Assembly (NCBI GenBank): GCA_951406725.2
Contig: OX597820.1
Coordinates: 125,860,001 to 125,924,000 of the forward strand
Length of the DNA stretch: 64,000 nt
Source of the DNA: Octopus vulgaris
Taxonomy: Eukaryota
Direction of reading: 5' to 3'
The notes beneath the pieces were generated by a model. That model did not search any database and had not been told where the DNA came from. It saw only the letters and a program-made list of their open reading frames with translations. Below are positions 13,521-26,739 of this stretch, piece by piece (the first letter of the stretch is position 1; every line of letters starts with the position of its first letter). The translations under genes and the position numbers were made by a program.

Positions 13521-13553
13521 TACGGACGCACACAGACACACACATATATATAT

Positions 13554-13594
<41 letters not shown>

Positions 13595-13629
13595 GATAGA
13601 TATAGATATTGATATAGATATAGATATAT

Positions 13630-14230
13630 ACAAGTTGTCCTAAAATTAAGGCAACCAACATATGGGTCCAAACGTTGCAATATAAAGGTAAAGGAAACAC
13701 ACTTATCACACTATCACATTTATTTGATACGACTACCACTGCTTCGAATCACAGTCTTAAGTATTGGTGCCAATGCTTCACACGCGACACGCAGCCGTTC
13801 TTGCGGAATCTCAGCCAATGTCTCACGCAGTTTTGCTTTTAGCGCGTCCAGCGAAGTACGTGGATTGTTGAGGACCCTCTTCAGCAAAATTGACCAAAGA
13901 GAAAAGTCAAACGGGTGGAGACTGTGGATTCTTGAGGAGCATGCATTCTTGCATTTGAACAAAGGAATGTTTCTCTGAATCCACTGTTGTGACTGTTTGT
14001 AGCGGTTGGATGGTACCGAGTCCTGTCGAGACGCTAAGGTGTACTTTGGAAGTGCTTATTCGCTCATGGAAACAATTCAGTTTCCAGAATGCCGCTAATG
14101 TATCGTTGGGTTAAAATCTTAACACACGAGTGCACAGAAATGAAAGGAGACCTTCTACTGGTTGCCACAGCCGCCCAAATGGTAACTGGCGTGGATTTTG
14201 ACGTTTATTTGCAAGTATACCCTCGATGGA
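13630..14230 (-). mobile_element. Tc1/mariner-superfamily transposase 3' fragment (possibly DD37D/maT-like)
   Basis: LHPFDFSLWSIL resembles LNPLDFSIWSIL; TA-CAAGTTGTCC TIR-like end at 13629. Confidence 0.7.
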
Positions 14231-14806
14231 GCCAGATTACACTCAAAAGTGGGTATAGTTGAGATAAACTATTAATTTAGATGATATAACTAACTAGAAA
14301 TATAATACTTTTTGAGAATATTTTCAATTGTGTATAATTCTTCTTTGAAGTTTGGAGGATGAATAACTTACATAATCATAGTTTCGACAGAGTTTGAAGT
14401 CATTCTTTGCAATAGAACAACACAGAAATGAGCTATTGTTCATAGATGGCTCACTGATTTTAATATAATTGAGGCAATTACTTTATCGAATCGTTAATAT
14501 GAATCACTATAGACCAATGTTGGACAACAAGGATATCTTATTTTTGGAATGGTTACGTGAAAGACATTTCTGAATAAAGAACAACTTCGTTGAAGCCGAT
14601 TTATGTATTGTAAAAGCGATTCATTAACACAGGGTGAATATGAGGCAACGTAAACAAAAATCACACAGTAAAGATATCAAACGATCATGTTAACGATCAA
14701 TTGTTTATGAAACTGAAAACTATCACTATACTTTGCAACAGTAAATATATTTCTAGAATCAACATACAGGTAGGCTTATTTCATTTTATTTATCTTAGTA
14801 TTATCG

Positions 14807-15190
14807 TTTATCTTTTACTTGTTTGTGTCATTAGACAGTGGTCATGCTGAGCCACCACATTGCAGAATTCTTTTAGTCGATTGAATCGACCCTAGTACTT
14901 ATGTTTTTCAAGGTTTGGTACTTACGCTATTGGTCTAAGTTACGAGGGACGTAAAGCGCCATCACCGGTGGTGGTAGGGAAAAACTCAGACACGCAGAAA
15001 CACACACACACACACACACGCATACATTTATACGACGAGTTTCTTTCCGTTTTTATCTACCAAAACCACTCACAAGTCTTTGATCGGCCTGGGGCTATAG
15101 CAGAAGACACTTGACCAAGTTGACAAGCTGTGGGACTGAATCGGAACTCTGTGGTTGAGAAGCAAGCTTCTTACCACACAGCCACACCTG
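14807..15190 (-). mobile_element. SINE family 2
   Basis: Reverse-complement homology to 6629-7043. Confidence 0.8.
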
Positions 15191-15209
15191 TATACTATTC
15201 CATAAGATA

Positions 15210-15423
15210 TCGGTTTCAAGTATTAGCACAAGACTGACATTTTGTGAGAGGAAATAAGACGATTAAATAATATAAGTGCTCAAATGGTACTTATAGTATT
15301 GAGCCCATAGGGACAAAAGGCGAAGTCGACCTCTGTGGAATTTGAACTCAGAACATAAAGAGGGACGACATGCATCTAAGCATGTAACCCTGCGTGCTAA
15401 TGATTCTGCCAACTTGCTGCCTT
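15210..15423 (-). mobile_element. SINE family 3, diverged
   Basis: AGTCGACCTCTGTGGAATTTGAACTCAGAAC...GATTCTGCCAACTTGCTGCC is the reverse complement of the family 3 head. Confidence 0.75.
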
Positions 15424-16509
15424 GCAATATCCCATAAGTTATGAACACTTCTAGTATCTAAGATCCAATGAGATTTTAGGTTACTAATGAATGCGTAAGA
15501 TATAGTAGAACGTCAATGTAATAATCAGAACTAAACATACACTTATTACTTATACATATCAGCTCCTAATATATGTTTGTAACAGGAAGTGTTGAACAAA
15601 CGACGTAAAGATGATTTATTGTTTTGATACAGCACAATGCTGATGACTGAGTGATAATCGATGACTCATCCACCTGAAAGTTGACTTCCGCTATGAAATT
15701 GGCCGTCTCTAATTCTTTATAAGTACTACATCATTAATAAAAGGATGTCAAATTCACTGAAAGTATATTTTAAGATGTGTATTTAAATTGGTATGTTATG
15801 TTTTATGATCACTTATCATTTATATTAGTATATTAATGTTTTTTTATAGTTTAGTTGAAATGTTTCTATGTGGTTTAATCTTCTTCTCACTATCACGTTT
15901 CATAGTCATAGTAAATATATGTTAGTATAGCTCGCTGTACATCATGCATTCTTAATTGCTGTCTTACTTATTAACAAAACTATATACAGAAAAAATGCCA
16001 AAGTATTCAGTGTGTAGCTGAAAGAATTCATACAATATATAACTGACATTTGACTTGCATAACAAAAGCATACTGCGCAAGTGAAATTTCAGATATACGA
16101 TATAAAAGACATTTAACTTAAGGGACTATTTAAATGGCGTCTTTTCATTCTACGTATTGTTGATACAGTGATATATACGGATTCAATAAAAACGAATGTT
16201 TTATTTGCAATGTGTTTTGTTATTTCAAAATCTACTTTACTTTCGTACGGCGTATTTAGCATGACTCTCATTCATAAAGCACATTCAATTTTCAAGAGTA
16301 CATTCCACGACCCTATTCAATACATTTGTATAAGGTAACGTATAGAGTGCAAAAGAAAAAAAAATTGCCCAGAGTGCATCGATATAATGAATGTGATTCT
16401 TAACTGAACTATATAAATACATTGACAAATTTGTTGAGTTAAGTGTTAGCAGTAGAGACATAGCTATACCACTTTGAAGTTCACAAAAACTAGTTCACTC
16501 AAACACACA

Positions 16510-16547
<38 letters not shown>

Positions 16548-16719
16548 CACGCACAAACAGCATATATGTATCTATGCATAAAAATATGCAAACAGAAAGA
16601 TAGAGGAATAGATATGTACATTTATATATTAGGTGTGTGCATAGTGTGTATAGATATATGATATATATATATATATATATATGTATGTATAGACATACAT
16701 ATCTATATAAGTATAAGTT

Positions 16720-16905
16720 TATGTGTGTATGTGTGTCCTTTTCTCCGTTTTCCCACCACCACCACTTGATAACCTGTGTTGGTGTGTTTACTTAGCGGTT
16801 CGGCAAAAGAAGGATAGAATAAGTATTAAGCTTACAAAGAATAAGCACAGGGGTGCTTCAGCATGGGCGCAGTGAAATGATTGAAACAAGTAAAAAAATA
16901 AAAGA

Positions 16906-16907
<2 letters not shown>
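16720..16907 (+). mobile_element. SINE family 2, 3' half
   Basis: CGGTTCGGCAAAAGA...GAAACAAGTAAAA tail homology. Confidence 0.7.
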
Positions 16908-16980
<73 letters not shown>

Positions 16981-17009
16981 ATAATGGAATGATTTCTAAG
17001 AAGCATTGT

Positions 17010-18020
17010 GTAGAACAATGCGAAGTAAAAGCAAGGCACATCACAGGAAAACAAATATATGAATTAATGTAGACTTAACTTGTATTCAATATTTCAGGGT
17101 TACGAACTCATTTTCAAGAAATTAACGAATGTTGCCGACGCGCGCGTGTGTGAGAGTGTTTGAAGTGGATATGTGCGGAAAGGTGTTGCTATAGCAACCA
17201 GATAGCTTCTTGTAACTCTCTTCTGTTGTTGATCTTAGGTTTCTTTTGGTGTATGAATATAATCATATACCGTCAATACCAAGCAGTTCCTCAGAGACCT
17301 AACCCTGAATGGCTACCCACCATCTTTAGATAAACAACAGAAACTGAAAGAACATTATGGTCATTAATCCCCAGAAGAATCATCAGACTCCCAAGTCCGG
17401 CACGGGCTTTCTAAAGCTACCACAGTTTGACGACGGAACTACTGTAGCGATACAACACGCAGTCCACAGGGAAGGACTCGACATACAGATACTGCACACC
17501 GGCCCTTCACTGAGAAAAGCTCTATCTCAGAACAACACATCTCAGTACTCCAATGAGTGCACATTATCGAACTATCCCATCAATGACCCTGAGCAGTACT
17601 AGTGGCCCTATGTTGTCTACGAGATCATCTGTGGCCAATGTGGTGCATCCTACATAGGAAGCACGAGAAGAGGAATGCATATACGCATTAAGGAACACAT
17701 GCGGCACACACTTCCGTAAAGAAATATCTATGGATATGCCAGACCCGGGAATTCACCCGGGAATCTCTGAGATTATGCTCATACACCAAAAGAAACCTAA
17801 ATTCAACAACAGAAGAGAGTTACAGGAAGCTATCTGGTTGCTATAGCAACACCTTTCCGCGCATGTCCACTCCACATACTCACACACGCGCGCGTCGGCA
17901 ACATTCGCTAATTTCTTGAAAATGAAATCATAACCCGAAATATTGAATACAAGGTAAGTCTACGTTACTCTATATATTTTTCTTGTTATTTGCCTTGCAC
18001 TTACTTCGCATTCTTCTGGC
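17010..18020 (+). mobile_element. 5'-truncated PLE with GIY-YIG remnant and an inverted terminal-repeat copy at its 5' end
   Basis: PYVVYEIICGQCGASYIGSTRRGMHIRIKEH (17603-17700) and EIMLIHQKKPKFNNRRELQEAIWLL*; 17010-17266 is the reverse complement of 17772-18020. Confidence 0.9.
17913..17947 (+). ncRNA. Minimal HHR-like motif with U3-A8 core; inverted copy at 17085-17120 (-)
   Basis: UUC-UUGAAAA-U-G...AACCC-GAAA-UA-UU-GAA; the other copy has stem II GAGUU cgu AACCC. Confidence 0.6.
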
Positions 18021-18042
18021 CTTACCCATGATCCTTTGTACA

Positions 18043-18083
<41 letters not shown>

Positions 18084-20199
18084 AACGTGTGTGTGTGTTT
18101 GTATATATACAAGTGTTTGTGAATACGTTTGCATGTTTGTGTGTGTGTGTATGTATCTATGTATGTATGTGTACTTTCTTTGTGGGTTAACAAATCAACC
18201 AATGTTTTTATAAGGTGGTCTTCGCAATTGATCAAGAGTAACACATCTATGCGTTGGTACTCCCCTCTCTCTATCTGTCTGCCTCTCTTTCTCTCTCTCT
18301 CTCTCTATGTGTATGCCTCTCTTTCTCTCTCTCTCTCCATCTTTCTCTCTCTTACTCACATTATACGGTGGTAGGTCTCTAGTTAATTTTATACATATCC
18401 CCACATTAGCCTCAGCCTCATTAGTTGTATTGTAAAACAAATTAGATAACATTTTCGTTTCTTGAATGAACTTTTGGTATCCTGGAGTACTTGGGATTCT
18501 TTTTAATGAATATTTAATGTTAGCTAAATATTTTTTTGACTTTAATCCTTCGAGGAAAATATATAGCTGCAATTATAATTGAGAGTGGCAACTTTAATCA
18601 AACCACTATTTTGCAATCGCGAGTGAAGGAAATGTTTTCAAACATCAAAATGTTGCTCTCTATATATTCAGTTTTGCCAGAGAACAGCAGTGTTTTGTTT
18701 AAATACAAACCAAACCCGAAGGATATGGTTTCCTGTTTTATTTTAAATTTTATCTCTTTAAAATTTTTTCTCACATCGCTTTTTAGATAATGTAAATGAG
18801 CGCTGGGACTTTTAAATGTTTGTTTTTAATTTCTTCCGTTTTTATAAAAAGAATTGCTTGCTTGTTTTAATTTAAACTGCTTTTAAATTCGAACTAAACA
18901 TTTCTTCTCTAAACATTTCTTCTCTAAACAAGATGCCTTAAAAAAGGTGAAGAAAAATTAAGAGAAAATGTTACTGCTGTTGTATATAAGCTTCAAGAAT
19001 TTTCTGATCTGGCAAGCTGACATACAACCACTTGAAAATATATTTACTTCTTTCTTATCAACGTTGTCTTGATGTAGACCTGACGAAATGACTTACATTC
19101 TATGAACCAATTCGACTAACCATACGCAGATACTATATTTCAGATATTTCAATCATTATAAATCTCGAAAATACTTTATAGTTCGTATATATTTCGATAT
19201 AGTATGGTGCAGGGGTGTAACCAAACACTTCTACAGCTTTAGAGAAAAAAGTATCAAGCAGGTGTAATAATTAATCACTAGAAGCAGACTCACTTCTGTC
19301 TGAGTTGCTATTAGATCCAATAATAACCCGTCTAAATCTAGAATAAGTGTGTATCACACACAGGTCACAGTCAATCAGTAAACATTGTATTCGTTTATAA
19401 GTGACTCACTAACAATAAAGACGTAATGTAAAATGTTTGAAGCTAGTAAGCATTGATTTGAGGCTTTGACTTAATAATCTTTAGTTAGCACGATGGATAT
19501 AATTATCTATGAATGGCTTCATTGCTGTTTTTAACACTTTTCATATTATCGACTCTAAATTCTGTTCTTACCACAATCAATCGACATAAATGTAAGGAGC
19601 AAAGAATTCATGAAAATTTGCTGCTGTCCTCTCAAGCACACTTATCAGTGACTTTGAAGAACTAAACACACAAAATCGAAATAAACATTTTCATTCACCA
19701 TTTCCAAATACAATGCACTGTGGAATGATGGTTGAAATTGAAGTGAGGGTAATCATGCAATATAAATGTTTCCGGCGCGTGAAATGAGTTTTCATATCTA
19801 CGGGAGCCTTTGTCATACTTAGCTTTGGATTGCAAAACAAAAAGAAGTATTCTATGTACACATATGAGCAGTGGAAAATCTCTGATAAATGTAATGAGTA
19901 TTGGCTACATAGAAGCACAACGTCGGATACAAGAGACAGGATACAAACTGGTTTGAAACCTTCAGATTCTCTACACTGATTATAAATTCACATTTTATAC
20001 CAATAATCATTGATAGAGTTATGTATGTTATTACATCTCCAGATAACAATCTGAAAAAGCTACAATTTTCAAGCAAAGAAAGAGACCGGCCAACATGAAA
20101 CTTACAGATTTCAATCGGTGAGTGGAACAGTGAAAATATGCACCATTTTCATCAGATTTTACCATTATTCTTGTCTTAGTATAAATTCCAGTGAAACTA

Positions 20200-21280
20200 T
20201 TGGTCCATCCCATAAATAATGCGGTTTTTTTATACTTTATTTTTTAAAATTAAGATAAACAAAGTTCTTTTTTAATCTAAAATATGCTCTCTTTCATTTT
20301 CTACAAGGGACTTCCATTGATCTGTTAGATTTGCAAGCCCCTTCTTCCAAGATTCCCTTGTCCGTGACAATGAATACAGCTCCAATACTCTTCTGACCTC
20401 CTCTACAGAATTCAGAATTTTTTCCGTCCAAATGACTTTGAAGACTATGGAATGAATGATAATCAGATGGAGCAATATCCGACGAATATGGTGGGTGGGG
20501 TATCGTTTGCCATTCAAGCTGCTCCAGCCTTTGGAATATCATCCTCGCTGTATCTGTCCGAGCATTATCCTGATGGAAGAACACCCTTCCTCTTGAAAAT
20601 AAAGATGGTCGCTTTTCTTCTCGTGCTGACTTAAGTCGCTCAAGCTGTTCGCACTAGACATACTTTGATGTGATTTAGTTTGCGTTTAAAAGTTCAAAGT
20701 GGACAAAACATTTCATATCGCAGCAAACTGATAACAACACCTTACGTGGATTAGACCATTAGCCTGGGGTGCCGGTGTTTCGCCTTTCCCTCTCTTCTGC
20801 GCTTGACATTTTTACAGAAAACCATTTCTCGTCATGATTCATTCTTTTCATGAGACGTTACAGGGAAGATCTCTAATCTCTGCGCGCGATTAGACTCGTA
20901 AAGTTTGTGACGAATCCATTGACCAAATTTGCTGACTTTTCCAATGGCACGCAGGTGTCTATGAATGGTTGAATTAACAAATCCAATATTCTCCGCTTGT
21001 TCCTCAACATTTATGATGAGATTGTGTTCCACCGGGATTAGAAGAACGTCCTCGGCGAGCTCTACAGATCTTCCAGGATGGCGATAGTCTTCTAGGCTAT
21101 AGTTTCCAGTTCGGAATTTCTGGAATCCCCATTGACACTGGCTTACGCTTTTTGTCCGATTTCCATATACTGCATTAATATTCCTCGAACTTTTCATTGT
21201 GTTGTTGCCTTTATAGAACTCACAAAGCAAAATATGCCAAGTATGCTCCTTTGTTCCTTCTATTATAGCTTTGAAAAAAA
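20200..21280 (-). mobile_element. Mariner element, decayed, 5' end interrupted
   Basis: FHQDNART, HPPYSSDIAPSDYH and N-terminal HTH (SLED..PGRS); TIR TTGGTCCATCCCATAAATAATGCGG after TA; same family as 53118-54260. Confidence 0.9.
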
Positions 21281-22007
21281 TGATGAGACACGTGTTATTT
21301 GTCTCTAAATTAAATGTTAATTGTTAAGGCACGGTTACTCATGGGGATTCGCCTAGCAGATTATTTTATTTACTAAAATAATCTGAAACCTTTATTTAAC
21401 CGCAAGAAATAACAAGGTAAAATATATTTTTCATTCTCTTCGAAAATTGCTCTTAAATGTGGTTTTGGTCGTTTTGACTGCTTCTTCTAGCATGTACAAA
21501 TTACCTATTAAAGGTAGTTTTTTTTGTGTTAAAATGTACACTATTTTATATTGAGAATATGTTGTCTATTGACTTTTCATACATGCTAGGCCACTGGTGA
21601 TGAAATTTCGAAAAACATTCGCCACCCTATATAATTTTACGATTGTGATTTCAGTTTTTCGCAGTTCGGTTCGTCATTTCCCACCTTAGTGCCGACTGAG
21701 ACTGCGCTTGCGCGGTGAATTTTGAAAAGTTATAATATATAATGATGAGACGCGTGTTATTTGTCTTTAAATTATTTGTTAATTGTTAAGGCACGGTTAC
21801 TCATGGGGGTTCGCCTAGCAGATTATTTTATTTGCTCTGATATAGTCCGAAACCTAGGTGTAACCATAAGAAATAACAAGGTAAAATTATTTTTATTTAT
21901 CATTCCCTTCGAAAATTGGTCTTAAATGTGGTTTTGGTCGTTTTGACTGCTTCTCGTAGCATGTAAAAATTACCTATTAAAGATAGTTCTCTCTTGTACT
22001 TAAATCT

Positions 22008-22010
<3 letters not shown>
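21280..22010 (+). mobile_element. Non-coding element: two ~265-bp direct repeats (period 462 bp), each with an HHR-like fold
   Basis: 21280-21545 repeats at 21742-22010; HHR-like folds at 21333-21401 and 21795-21865; ends in (TA)n. Confidence 0.7.
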
Positions 22011-22077
<67 letters not shown>

Positions 22078-23120
22078 CAGGGTGTTCGTAAAATCTTTAT
22101 AAAACTTCCACAGCGTATTGTATCGTCTCGATGTGTTGCGTGCAAATTTGTTGCAAAGACGTTGTTGCAAATTGAACGTCTTCACCATAAAGCCATACCT
22201 GCACTAATTCACCGACAAAAGTTTCGCTTTATAGTTTTATTAAAACTAATGGAAGAAAATCTATCATCCGTAAACGCTCACTTGCTTTTATTATACCTTT
22301 TAAATGCCCTTTATTACTTGTTTTCATTACTGATTATATTTTTTCACCAATATTACCGCCAGAATAAGCTTCTGTACGTTTAGCTCCCGCAGTTGCAGCA
22401 TCAACACCATCAGCTCAAGCATCTTCAGTAAGAGTTGCGGCCGATACCACCGACTTAGCATCGGTTTATACATTGTTGTCTATCATGTCTTTCACTCATC
22501 TCTTCATTTCAACTTTCTCACTTTTCAGAGTTTAACTTTTTGTTTTTATTTTCAGAAATACGAGGAAGAACTTTATCGTAAGTCTTCTAGAAATATAAAG
22601 AGAGGTACCTTTCAGCGGAAGCTTCATCTATGTTAGCGAGTGTAACGGTGTGTGTGTGTGCGTGTGTGTAACGGGTATATATTTGTTGGAAAATGGTGAA
22701 TTAAGAACCACGATTATCACGACTGACATACTTTGCTCAGTCTTCAAACTTATATCTTCAAAGTAACCGGAAATCATTTCTTTTTGTATTCCTTTCGTGA
22801 ATATCATACCCGGTGACGTTTTCATAGGCGGTTACGTTTAAAAGTGATTTTAGCTTTGAGCTAAAAAATTTCACTGTAACACAAGAAGATGTTTAAGGAA
22901 ATGAATTATCTAAACTATCTCCGAAATGCAAGGCTTGCGGAACTAAGGATAGGAATTTGTAATGAAATTACAGTGAGACACCGAAACGACTACCGGTGTT
23001 TGATTGATTTGATCCCTGTGCAGCACCTACAACAGTACTTTCATATATAACTCAAACAAACATATAGTTATACATATAGATGCAGACATACATGCAGATA
23101 GATAAATAAATAGATAAAGT

Positions 23121-23167
<47 letters not shown>

Positions 23168-24574
23168 GTGCGTGTGTGTGTGTCTGTGTGTTTGTGTGTG
23201 TGTAAACATAAATACATACAAGCATATAAATATATGTACACAAATATACATACAGGCATACATAATTTATGTGGTCATACATAAAAGTATTCATATATAC
23301 AGAAAAAAAGACATATATATTCATATACACATTCTCATGCATATGTATGCGTGCGTATGCGTGGAAATGCATGTGTATGTGTATATATCTACGCATGCGG
23401 GCGTGTATGTGTGTGGCTTTCCCGGATGTCATAAAATTTCACCAAATTTGATTACAAGAAGAGGTAGTGGGTATCTAATTTTGGGGCTAATGCAGTTTCG
23501 CACCTCTCCTTGAAAAGAGCATTTTTTAAAAACATTTTCGGATTCCTACGCTTCACATATCGGAGATTACGAATATGCAAAATACAATGTGAGCCTATGT
23601 TTGGTGTGTTTGTGTGAATGTACAAGGTACCTGCATTATCAGTATCCCCTGTTTATTCACGTTTATTTAATTTTATTTTATTAATTCTATTTATTTGCTT
23701 TTATCTACTTTTTCTTTTCTTTTTATATTAATCTATAATACTAAAACTCAGTTTCAATCTTGCTTGCCTGCTTGCACACTGGCGCATGATAGGAAAATGC
23801 TGTTAAAAAGATGTCCCCTGAAATGTTAATAGGAACGGAATGAAAAAGGTTTCGCGAAATTAGAGCAGTAGTTATTGATATATTCTGGGTTTTGGGGTAT
23901 AAATACCCAAAACGATGCGTAATGTTCCGAGTTTAACTTCATCCTGAAAGGGAAGAAACTGAAACATTTGGATTAGACTGATTTGACAACGAAAAAATAC
24001 GATTTGTTTTTTTTTATAGCACATACATATATACATACAACTTTCGACAGAGTAACAGTCATATATACAACTTGAACATACACACATATCAGTACATAAA
24101 TATACGTTTACATATACATACACATATAGACACACACACAGACACGTCTTAACACTTACGTACGTAAATGTTCATATGCATACATACATATATACATACA
24201 TAAACACATATATCTTGGACTTCTTACCCTCGGTGTTAAATAGTTTTTCCTTATGGTTTTTTCGAGTGCATTCAACATTATCTCACTTCCAAAGATTTTG
24301 CTGCTATTTCTAGCTTGCCCTGCTAATACGTAACATATATTTGCGATAAAGGATCCGACAAAGGTAAAAAATGGTATATTATATATATTTATATATATGG
24401 AATTCAGTAAGAGGTTATGTTACCCCCATGAAGGGAATGTGTCATCTAAGGAAATACTGGTTCAATACCTAATATTTTGAAGGATATTGATATTCATAAA
24501 ATAATAGGTTTGTATATGAACAATAGTTTATATTCGTATAGATTAAGAAGAAAAAATGGAGATATTGAGGTTAA

Positions 24575-24857
24575 TAAGAATTTATTATCAGCAACATATC
24601 GATCATTATCCCTTACAGCTGTTTCAGTTACACAGAGAAATTAATTAAATATTAAAATCATATTTCTAAGGATAATCTCTTCAGAGGGAAAAATATACCC
24701 TTAGATATTTTGTGTGTTTGTTTGTTGACTCATCACAGCAGACTGTAATAATTTTAATATTCAATTAATTCTATTTTGTATAATTGAAACAACTATAAGG
24801 TATAATGATTGATTTGATGCTGGTAATAAACTCTTATTAACTTCATAGATATCTTCT

Positions 24858-24860
<3 letters not shown>
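24575..24860. mobile_element. Short element with ~70-bp inverted repeats carrying an HHR motif
   Basis: 24581-24630 is the imperfect reverse complement of 24781-24855. Confidence 0.7.
24609..24689 (-). ncRNA. Type I HHR-like motif with a long stem II insert
   Basis: UCCCU-CUGAAGA-GAUUAU...GUAACU-GAAA-CAGCUG-UA-AGGGA; stem I UCCCU/AGGGA, palindromic stem III. Confidence 0.7.
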
Positions 24861-24914
<54 letters not shown>

Positions 24915-24922
<8 letters not shown>

Positions 24923-25130
24923 GTTAATCCAAACATGAAAACACCAAGAGAAAACACAAAAATGCGAGGACGTGGACAAATATAGTATTATTGGACGCTC
25001 AGGAAGGAATGGAAGGATGAGGGTTTTACGTTTCGAGTGGAGCTCTTCGTCAGAAACATAGGAAAAAAGACAGATCCAGAGAAGGGAAAACGGAGGAAAA
25101 AACTGCCAACGGTACACATGCGGTCACATA
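24915..25130 (-). mobile_element. Short HHR-bearing element, family A
   Basis: Homologous to 13320-13520 and 62915-63080. Confidence 0.8.
25023..25057 (-). ncRNA. Minimal type I HHR motif
   Basis: GUUU-CUGACGA-A-GAG cucca CUC-GAAA-CG-UA-AAAC. Confidence 0.75.
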
Positions 25131-25163
25131 TGTATATGAATATATGTATCATATATACAGACA

Positions 25164-25206
<43 letters not shown>

Positions 25207-26239
25207 GAATACATATACACATACATGAATACATATATATATACATGCATGCATACATACATTCGTACATACATGCATGCATACATACATGCATACATAC
25301 ATACATACATACATGCGTACATACATATCGTTACTTATTAAAGTTTTCCACGCAAAACTGAGAATTTCAGGGACAATGCATTTCTTCATTCTTAACATGT
25401 TCCCTTATATTCGAACGTGAATGTCTGATTGCTATTTCAAACATCAGATTGTTCATGATGCATGATGTCAAAGCACTTCGGTGTCTCAAATTGTTTGTAT
25501 ATCTCGGTGAATATCGTGTATTTTGAACGTACATCATTTAAAAGAGGCGGTTTTCTCTCATGATTAAAAGCAACACTTAATAGGTATTCATGTTAGATTC
25601 TGCCAGAGAATATTCAGAATAAATAGATACTTATTGTTGGAATCTTCCTGTTCGTGTGCAATCCGTTTATTAATATCTGTTTGGAAGGCATCGCCACTAA
25701 TTTGCAAGTAGTTTGGTCAATGATTTGTATAACAAAAAGAAGTCGTGATTTAATGAGATTCATCAGTGGTAGAGTAGATTAGCGTACCTAGAGCGGAGCT
25801 TTTCTGGGTAGAAACACCACTTTTGGGATTGCTGTAGGCAAAATGTATTTTTTTGTGGGGCCTCAGAAGCGGCAAACTGAAGAGCTGTCCCGAGCAGCAC
25901 ACACTCTAGCTACGGTAGCGATAGCTTTGACTGAGAAGACACATAACAAAGTTGAAACACTGAGGTGCTATATGTCTCCTTTACACCGCAAGCGTCGAGT
26001 ACGTTCTGAATACATATCATCTAACGAAAGAAATATTCTCCAATGGCTAAAAAGCAACAACGATCCGATATTATCCTTTCAGTCTCTGCCAGGATGTGTT
26101 AAGAATGGTTAAACATGTCTTTGCTTTATAAATTGTTGATTCTGAAAAACACTATCTCATTTCGCTGAACCCTTATACTCTAGTGTCACCTAATTTTTGA
26201 AGACCTTCCCTTCGATCTTATTGATATACTACACTTCGA

Positions 26240-26450
26240 GTGGACAAATTGGTAGAATCGTTAGAATGTAAGAAAAAATGATATACTTTTTTCCTTTGGC
26301 TCTTTACGTTCTGAGTTCACATCCACAACTCCCTTCACGGTAAACTTTGTTTTCATATCTTCTGCAACGATAAATTAAAATACTTGTAAAAGTTCTGCAG
26401 TACCGACTGAACTCCGTCCATCAACATTGCTTACATTATGACTCAATTTA
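26240..26450 (+). mobile_element. SINE family 3, highly diverged
   Basis: TTGGTAGAATCGTTAG...TTACGTTCTGAGTTCA. Confidence 0.55.
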
Positions 26451-26739
26451 GAAAAAAAAAACTATTATATTACACTTTTATGGCAATCGCTGTAGATTGT
26501 TGAGCAATAAAGAAATGATAATAAGGTTGTTTTACAAAACACGTTGACAACAATTTGGAAATTTTTTTTAAATGTGAATACGAAAATATTTCAACAACAT
26601 TTGGTGACGACGAATTTTTTGATTTGCAAAAAAAGCTTTTCTTTTTAATCGTTTGAAAATTATGAAACCATGATTATACAATGAATGAAATAATAACAAA
26701 ACTAATAACTTCAAACTACAAAACAGAAAAAGTCAAGTT

